Below are positions 52,199-61,100 of a stretch of 64,000 bases of DNA, in pieces. This DNA is from Pavona decussata. Taxonomy: Eukaryota. Below the pieces are notes generated by a model that worked only from the letters and a program-made list of their open reading frames with translations, was not told the DNA's origin and did not search any database. Position 1 is the stretch's first letter, and the number at the start of each line of letters is the position of its first letter. The DNA lies in the NCBI GenBank assembly GCA_977016875.1, contig CDRNST010000054.1, positions 1,550,001 through 1,614,000 of the forward strand. Reading direction: 5' to 3'. Both the position numbers and the translations under genes were made by a program.

Positions 52199-55100
52199 AT
52201 TAAAAAATGGCAGTGCAAGAGCATACAATTTAATCTCTATTTCTGGCATGTGAATGATATCCAGGCAGTGCTGCCTTATAATGTGTGTCCCAAACAGTGT
52301 TATCTTGAAGTTGTGAAAAGGAACTGGGTCAGTTTTAGCCGAAATAAGATGCAGTAAAAATAACCTAACATTGATTGTTTGTCTTTTCCTAGGAGTTAAA
52401 ACAACTTGCCAGAGAGAACGGACAATGAGTCATCTACAACCAGTGGTCTCTATGAAATTGCCACAATTGTTGCGACCAATGCGACCATGGTCATCCTTGG
52501 GGGTGAAGTGTGATGCTGATGGGGGATACAAGCCAGTGCAATGTCAAAGAGGCACACCATTCTGCTGGTGTGTGGACAAGTATGGTCGAGAAGTGCCTAG
52601 GACACGGATTTCAGGAAGGCCCAAATGTGGGCCTATGGGTAACTAACTTGCATTCCTTTCCATCTTCCTTGTACATGTACAAAGTAACAGGCCAAAAGCT
52701 CAGACATTTATCTGTCAAACATATTGCTCTTTCGCCATAAGTGCCTTCAAGTCCTTAAGTGAGAGCCAAAAGCCTGAGTGTCTTTCACTACATCTTTTGT
52801 TACTTTCACTTACACTGTGACCAGAGGATGCTGTGATTGGCAGATTGTTTCTCATAATGACTGCGGCAATGGAGAAATCCTAGAAGTGTCCTTTGCAGGG
52901 TATTATTAACTAGATGTCTTTGTCACAACTTGCCACAGTTTTATTGCAAGGTAAATTATGTAGGTTTTGCAACAAGGAGAAAGTCTGGTGCAGTAGAAGA
53001 GGTGACCACGATATACTAGGTTATCTTTGTTGCTCTGGCAGCAGCCTGTTGAACAGGAGACATTGGTTGAGTGGTTGAGATGAGGCACACAGTGCTCTGC
53101 TAGTGGTTGTTTCATTCACAGGCAGACATCCATTCTCATTGTAGTTATTGTGTACAAAGTTCATGAAACATTGGTTAATCCATATGAGCTTTTAACAACT
53201 GTCCCATGTTTTTCATCCACAGCTGGTCTCACCATGTGTCAGAAGGAGCGCCAAGTGGCTCTTGGATGGAAAGGAATACCATCTCCTGGAAAGTTTGTCC
53301 CCACATGTCAGCCAGATGGAGGATACAATGTTGTTCAGTGTGACATGTCTGTTGGTGTTTGCTGGTGCGTTGATAAGAATGGAATTGAGAAGCAGGGTAC
53401 AAGAACCAGTGGAATGCCCACCTGTGGACTGATGGGTAAGTTGATTGGTAAATTCAGCAAAACTGGCTTATATTTGTAATATGGGTCTTAATGCTTTTCA
53501 CAATAATCATTGAGAAGTATCTAGAAATCTACGCGTTGACAAACTGGCCAAAAATAGGTGTTTTTTTTTCTTCAGCTGAAGTACTTCTTTTTAAAGGTGG
53601 CTACAGCCGTTATGTTTTGTCTCCATACAAGACACGTTACCCCAAAACGCCCCTCAGGGAAATTCAAAAGTTATTGCCTATTTAGAGTAATAAGTTAATT
53701 AGGGGTTGTCCACTGCTTTACTCTCGTTACATTTTGTAACTAGTTACTGCAGTGAAAATGTGTCAAAAAAGAATGTGCAGGAAGTTGCATTGCTGAGCTT
53801 ATTAAACTGATGCTAACCTCACTTTACACAACCAGGCTTAGGTGAATAAGTGGGTACCATCAAACATTTTGGAGGAGGTGACCCCTGTGATGAAGTTAAG
53901 AATTTGTTTTACACTGGGGGTGGAGGGGAGTAGTTATTGCTTTATGTTGTGGTGACAAACTAAGCACCATCCTGATCTGCTACTAAGCTGGCTTTATTAG
54001 GATTGACTTGATTAGGCTTTACTTGTTTCTTTGTAAGAGTTACAGTCTGTAGAGCCTACTACTTACGAAATGACAAATGCCTTCTTTGTTGACTGTGTAG
54101 CTGGCTTGACCAAGTGCCAAAAAGAACAGAGAACTGCACTGGGGCCATTAGGAAATGCACCGCCTGGGAGATTTGCTCCAGAATGCGACGCCAATGGACA
54201 ATACAACAGAATTCAATGCTACTCTGCTACTGGTTACTGCTGGTGTGTGGATTCACTTGGGCGTGAAATACCAGGGACAAGGAGTCGGGGACAAGTTAGC
54301 TGTCCTGACAAAGGTTTGTACTTGATGTTGTTTACGATTTGTCATGGCCAATATCTGGTGGAATTTCAAAAACTGAAGATTATCTACCAATTCATGTTGA
54401 CGAGACTCAACTTTTAGTGACAATGGTCTACCATGGAAGTCATGCTGGTATTTCCATTGATCTTATGTTTAACAACAGCATGCAACTTTTATGTTGAAAT
54501 CTCCTTGCTCATTTCCTTTTAAAGGTTCAATTTCGCTCTACGGCTAGTTTTTAGAACATCCGGTTGTCCCACTCCAGTCAAGACCCTCCTACTGATTCTA
54601 TTTGGCACACAGCAAAATGACTTGAATCACGTGCATTGGTGTTTCTCATCCTTTTTCCTGTCAATAGTTCTTTCTCGGATCCCACCTAAAAATTTATTAT
54701 AGCACTTCCCACTTGCAACTGTGATATTATTTTCTATCCCACGTCCCATCCTCCTTCTGCAAGTCTTGTGGCAATTGAAAGTACAGACAACGGCTCTTGA
54801 AACAAGAGCAGTTGGAATTCACTTAAACAGATTGTTTGAGAGGAGATGCTAACTTAACTTTCTTCCTTTCAGATGAACTTAAAGATTGCATTTTTGAGAG
54901 GGGAAGGCTAACTACTTCCGGAATAGTAGACATTGCATTCCCAGAGTGCGATGAGGAAGGAAACTATAGGACAGTACAATGCAGCTATAGCTATGCACCA
55001 GGATTACATTGCTGGTGTACAGATCGCCAGGGGAATGCTTACTGGAACACTACTGTTTACTCTAATGCTCCGGATTGCTCTGAAGAAGGTACGTTTCTCA

Positions 55101-58100
55101 AGAATTTTTGGGTTTAATTTTTTCTGGTATGGTAATTTTAATCATTTTTACATGGGCTCAAACAATTCTTTCCTGCTCAATAGCACATTGTTGTATTTAA
55201 CTTCAATGAGGAGTTTAAGAAATAGTGAAATCTGAGTTTGAGTTGATCTCAAGTTGAAAGTGATGATATGCAGTTACTCCAACCCAATCTGAAAGCTAAA
55301 TGCAAGTACTAACCTCTTAGTCCAGCTAGACACTGACATCATCTTTTTCCCATAACTCGAAACCCAAAGTCAAGTCAACTACAACCCCAACAACGAAGAC
55401 CGAGCAAAATATTTTTCATAACACAATGTCCCATGCATTGTCACAAAATTTGTTCGATCAACCTTTTTGAAATGCATTACAGCTGTCCCCATTAGCCAAC
55501 CAGGTATTATCCAAAATAAATTTTTATTCCAGATTTTCTTCACAAGGAAATGCTGAAATATTTTTCTTGGTGTTATTCTAGTTTTGAGAGGACGTCCTAC
55601 TGAGTGCCAAAAGCAAAGAGATGACAGTCTTAACTTCCTCCAACAAGATGTTGCTGTTAATAGAGATGTGCCTCAGTGTACTCCAGATGGTAGCTTTGAT
55701 GACATACAGTGCTCTCCAGCCACTGGGGAGTGCTGGTGTGTCTATTATAACAATATTGAAATCAGAGGAACAAGAACTCTGGGAAAACCAAGCTGTCCAC
55801 CAACTGGTAAAGGATTAGATTCTAATGATATTCTTGTAACTGTCTGGTCTAACTAAACGTGACAATTATGGCCTACTTTGGGGAGCAGTTAAATGGTGAA
55901 TTCGGCCCGGACTGGAGATCAGATCTCAGTGGTGTGCAAAAACTGATTAATTGGCTTTTAACCTGGGGTATCCAATCGATGAAATCGATGACAATCAGTG
56001 GTAATCCATAGCAACCGATATCAATTAATTGATAATTGATAGCCATATTGATAATTCATAATTGATAGCCATGCATGCATGCACTAATAGTGTTCTTCGC
56101 TGTAGTAACCATTTTATGTACTTCTTGTTACATCTCCAGCTGGTCTAACATCTTGCTTGATGGAACGTCTAAATGCCGAAGGTTACACTGGTTCAACCCT
56201 CCCTGGCCGTTCATCCCCACAATGTGACATTGATGGCAAATATAAACCTTTACAGTGCGATGTCTCCAGTGGCGTCTGTTGGTGTGTCGACAGCCAGGGA
56301 CTGGAAATCCCAGATACCAGAGGAAGTGGTAAAAGACAGTGTGTTACAACAGGCGAGTTGAGAATTATGTATTATTCAAAGTGACACAGGCATACTCGGA
56401 AAAAGGAATTAAAGTAACCTTCAAATCAGAGTATGACTGTGTAGACAAAATTCCGAACGAGAAATGTAATTTTGAATTTTGATCTCGTAACGTCACCAGA
56501 GCCCTTGTTTCTGCATCTTGGTGACTGTCAGCAAAGAACGTTCTAAGAAGGACATTAATGTTTTGTGTGATAGTTACATACATACATTTATACATATTCC
56601 ATTGACTTTCCCCAAAAGGAGGCTTTTCAATTACAATATGATAGTTGTTTTTGTTATAATAATTATACTGCTGTATCCTTTGCCTTGACTTTGTAAATCA
56701 TATACAGCACAGACACACGTTCATGATTCGCATATTACTTTTGGCACAAACGTGTCAAATGTTCACGTGCTTTAGAGATACATGTATTCATTAAACGTTA
56801 ACTAGATCTTCTGGTTTTTTTAATTAATAATAACAAGTTTTATAAATAATAATAAATCTTCATTTTTATTTCTTTTTATATAGGTGACAGACTAACAAAA
56901 TGTCAAGATCAGAAAGAGAGGGCTCTGCAAAACAGTGCTCCTGGCAGTTTTATTCCACGATGCAAAGAAGATGGTGGTTTTGAAGAGATCCAGTGTCAAG
57001 GCTCTGTTTGCTACTGTGTTGATGAGGATGGTAATGAGATATATGGAACCAAGACAAATCGTCCTGACACACCTAACTGCCTTGTTCCAATACCTAAAGA
57101 AGTTGGTGAGTGAAAACCTACAGTACAGCTCCTTTGTTTCAAGCGCTGGCTTTATATACTATCCTGAACAGAACCTGTGCATTGATTTGGTACTGGCTAT
57201 TTCGTACTCTTTCTATTTCAAACAGCAAGTCATATGAAAGTGACAATAACTTTGTCTAATATGAAGTATCCAATTCAGTGTGACATAAGTGGACATGAGT
57301 GGAAACTATCTCAAACATTATTTTTGGTTTCTCTAATTGTCTGGGATAGCAGGAATCTGAACAAAGTTTTTATTAGATGCAATCAATAATGTGGCCAAAT
57401 TAATTATTTTATTCCCACATCAAACTTATGCTTAATATTTGACGGGAAGGGTTTTAAGTCTGTGGAGGAAATCCCAAGGTGTGATCTTACGAATAAAAAC
57501 TGCTTAGTTGTGGTTGTTCCCACTCTGCGGTATGTGGATAATACCCTAATGTATGGCACGCTGATGAAAACTGCTGAGCAGTACTTCCATTTTGCCCTTT
57601 TAAAACATAGTCTTGGAGATAATTTATTTTTTTACATGTTTGTATCGTAAGCCCTCTTGTGAGCTAAATTTGTTGGGAGCAAGATTATCATAACAGTAGT
57701 TGAGACCTTATTGTAATGTTGTTACCTTTTGATAGATGACTTAATTCCCTGAAAATTAGTTGCTTGTCGGCTTATGAAGTTGTAGATAATATTAAATAAG
57801 ATTTATTTTCTTCATGATGTTTTAAAGGAGTAAACATCGTAACACTGCATTTTGTCGTGCAAATTGCCTTGACACCTGGTAGGATGTTCTTAGTTTGTGG
57901 AAAAAAAATTGATGTAAACTTTCTTTTCCGATCCAACAGAAAGTGCCTGCCTTGAAAAGTACCGTCAGGCAATGGAAAACTACAACATTGGCCGATTTGT
58001 TCCACAGTGCAAGCCAGATGGACGCTATGAAGAGGTCCAGTGTGGAGCTGGCTGGGAATACTGCTGGTGTGTTGATTCTAGTGGCATGGAACTGACTGGA

Positions 58101-61100
58101 ACAAAGACAAAGGGATGGCCTCAGTGTGGTAAGACAAAGCCACACTCAGTAAAAATGCCTTATAAGCTCACTACTGAACTACACTGGTTCTATGTCGGTA
58201 AATGGGTTTTATGTGGCATTGTTTCAAAATCTTTGTTATCCTAAAATACATTGAAAAAAAGTGATTGAAGCCAGAGTCGAAATTGGTGGCTTTCTTTGTC
58301 TATAATCATTCCCTTTCACAAGCCTTAGACTCCAGTTAACTTAATTAGCCTTTTGATAAATTAAAAGCTCTGAACTAGTAAGGCAGACATCACGTTTCAT
58401 TCCTCATTTCCTTTTTTTCTCTATCTTATGCCTTAGGACGTTTTTTTGGGATATGTTATGTGTATTCCGAAAAAGGAATGCACTGAAAAATCTATGTTGT
58501 ATCTTTTGCTCGGTAACGAAAAATATCCAAATGGCCAAAGTAGAAGAATCAAATTGTTATTAATGTTTTAGAAGAATATATTTAATTTTTTTCTAGGTAT
58601 TCCTATTCTGGGATATCTGCAATATTTTTCCCCCACCTAAAATACAAACAAACAAACAAACAAACAACAACAACGCAATAAAAAGGCGTGCCCTTAAAGT
58701 TTCCCTTTCAGGCTTGTCCGCCACAGTTGTATCCAGGTGAATGTACAATTTGTCCTTATTTTGAGTTGATAGTGAATGGCGCTGACTCTACAGGACTTTC
58801 TTTAATACTCCTTGACCTTTTATATCTCGTTTATTTTTAGTTGCTTTTAAACTTGGATGAACACTTCTTTAAACTTTACACTTGCACTGAAATTAAAATG
58901 CAATACGCTGATTTTGCTGATGTAATAATAAGCTCAATGTTAGCTCAATTGGTTGTTGTTGTTGTTGTTGTTTTTTTTTGCAAATAAACTGCATTAAGGT
59001 TATTAAAGTCTTTATGTCACATTGGGTACCGATGGTTTTCCCGTCTAACAGCATTTATGCATTGAGTTGGTTGGAAATGAGGAAAACTATTTTGTTAACA
59101 CAGCAACGCTAATTTGGAAGATAAAAGTAATCTGTCAACCTGTCTGGACATCCTGTACAAATGTAGCGTTGTGGATTGTATACTTTATAATTGTGTAGAA
59201 TAAGACAGTTTCAACAGCAGAGCTGTTTCAAAAACATCAGTAGTTTGACGTCTAGTTGTCACCTTGCAGAACCTTCGTCTGGTGCAGATGTTGCTTTGGT
59301 TATAGACTATGCCACCACTCCTGATGTCATAGAGCAACTATCTAATTTTACCAGCTCTATCATCGATAGCCTGGATATTTCACCAAGTGGTGTTCATGTG
59401 GCTCTCATTGCGTATGGGGCCAATGCAACAATAGTTTTCCCATTCAATAAGTTGGAAGGACTGCTGTTGAACAAGGATGCTGTGAAGAGTCTTGTGGACA
59501 CTGCAACACCAATGCCTGGTAAACCAAGAATTGACAAAGCCTTGGAATTGGCTGACAGAAAGCTGTTCAGTGCAGAGGGAGGTGCAAGGCCAGGAGTTCC
59601 AAAGGTAAGAATTTGAATTCATCATGTCGTTATTTAATGTTTTTGGTGAGAAACATAAAGAGCTCGTAACTTTTGTGATAGCCGAATAAATTGTTTACCA
59701 TTGGTGGTCACTGTATCTTCCTTTGGTTTCTTCACCTGTTATTCCTTGTTATATACTCATTTCTTACACATCTGATCTCACCCCTCAACCCCCTGGTATC
59801 AAGCATGTTCGAATTGATACATATAAATGGTGCTGTTCAAATTACCTCTTGGCACATGTGTACACATTTTAAAGATGCTGTGGCTATCATACAGCCACCC
59901 CCAACAAATGCATGAATCAGGTAATTTTACCACTGGAGGGTTTAAAGAAGATTCCATCTGGCGACTTGTAACGTTGTTGTACTATGACTTCACAGTTTCT
60001 TATTTTGGTATCTTTGGATGCAACAACAAAAGAACCTGATCAAACACCCCTCAGTAAAGCTTCCCAAGGGCTCAAGGACAAGGGCATCAAAGTTTACTCA
60101 GTGGGAATCCAGCCCCGTGTGGACCAAGAAGATTTGGAGGACACGACATCCAAACCTTCCAATGTTTACATCGTTGCAGCAGATCAGTTAGCCAACACTG
60201 GAAGAAGAATAGCTGATACTCTTAATGGATATGTAAAAGATTCTAGCCGTGAATCAGGTGAGTGCCACAGTGCTGTATGTTAGCTATTATTCGCAATTCA
60301 TCAACATTGCCATTATCGTTCTCTTCATTATTATCATCACCGTCGCTGTTATTGTCACTCTTGTCCTTTCCATAATTTTTGTTGTTGTCATTGCCATCTA
60401 TCTGTTATGTTTCTGAGATTTATAAGATAAGGCAGTAAACGATTATTTCCACTTAAACAGATCTGATGGCCGCTGCTGATATTGGCATTGTAATTGCACC
60501 ATCACCACAAACTACGCCATTGAAGTGGTCATCCATCCTTGATGATGTCAACTCCATAGTGGATGCTTTCCCAGTTTCAGACAGGGGTGCACATTTTGCT
60601 GTTTCAACAGTGGGTAATGTAAGCAAGATGGCTTTCAGCTTCAACACTCTAAGAGGTTCAGACTACAATGTGGATGAGGTCAAAAGTAAAATCTCTCAAA
60701 TTCCTTACGAAAAAGTGGACACAACGAGGCTGGATCTTGGTCTCGAACAGGCAGCTGACGAGATGTTTACAGAGGAAAAAGGAATGAGAAAGGAAGCTTC
60801 AAAGGTACCTGCTTAAATGGGACTTGGTGTAGTGCAACATATTAGTTGGATCCCAGTCCATTCAATATGCCCAAAAATCTGGTTCCATTTCTTGTGCCAC
60901 GTTTCCTTTAAAGGAACTCTGAATAATTCTTATGTTGCTTAATGCCCTCTGTAGTCTTCAGTACGTAACCAGTTCTTTTATTACCAAGCTGTTCAAAACA
61001 TAATTGCTTTCTTTCTGGATGGGGTGGAAGTCTGTAGCATTTCCTCAGTATGTTGGGACGAGGGGTGAATGTTTTTTAGGTGGTCCAGTTATACAAATGG

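Noticed and set aside
7051-58128. Calling the gene thyroglobulin (TG), nidogen or COL6A3
   Set aside because: No type-2/3 repeats, cholinesterase-like domain, NIDO/G2/EGF/LY domains or Gly-X-Y collagen helix in the window. Shared domains do not establish orthology.
29724-58128. Dscam-style mutually exclusive splicing with docking/selector sequences
   Set aside because: I saw no shared complementary intronic motif upstream of the exons. The exons have ordinary splice sites and can all be joined consecutively.
58712-58736. 25-nt AG/GT-bounded candidate micro-exon (ACPPQLYP)
   Set aside because: It is phase 0-1 and would shift the frame after the phase-1 exon 56; no compensating exon was found.
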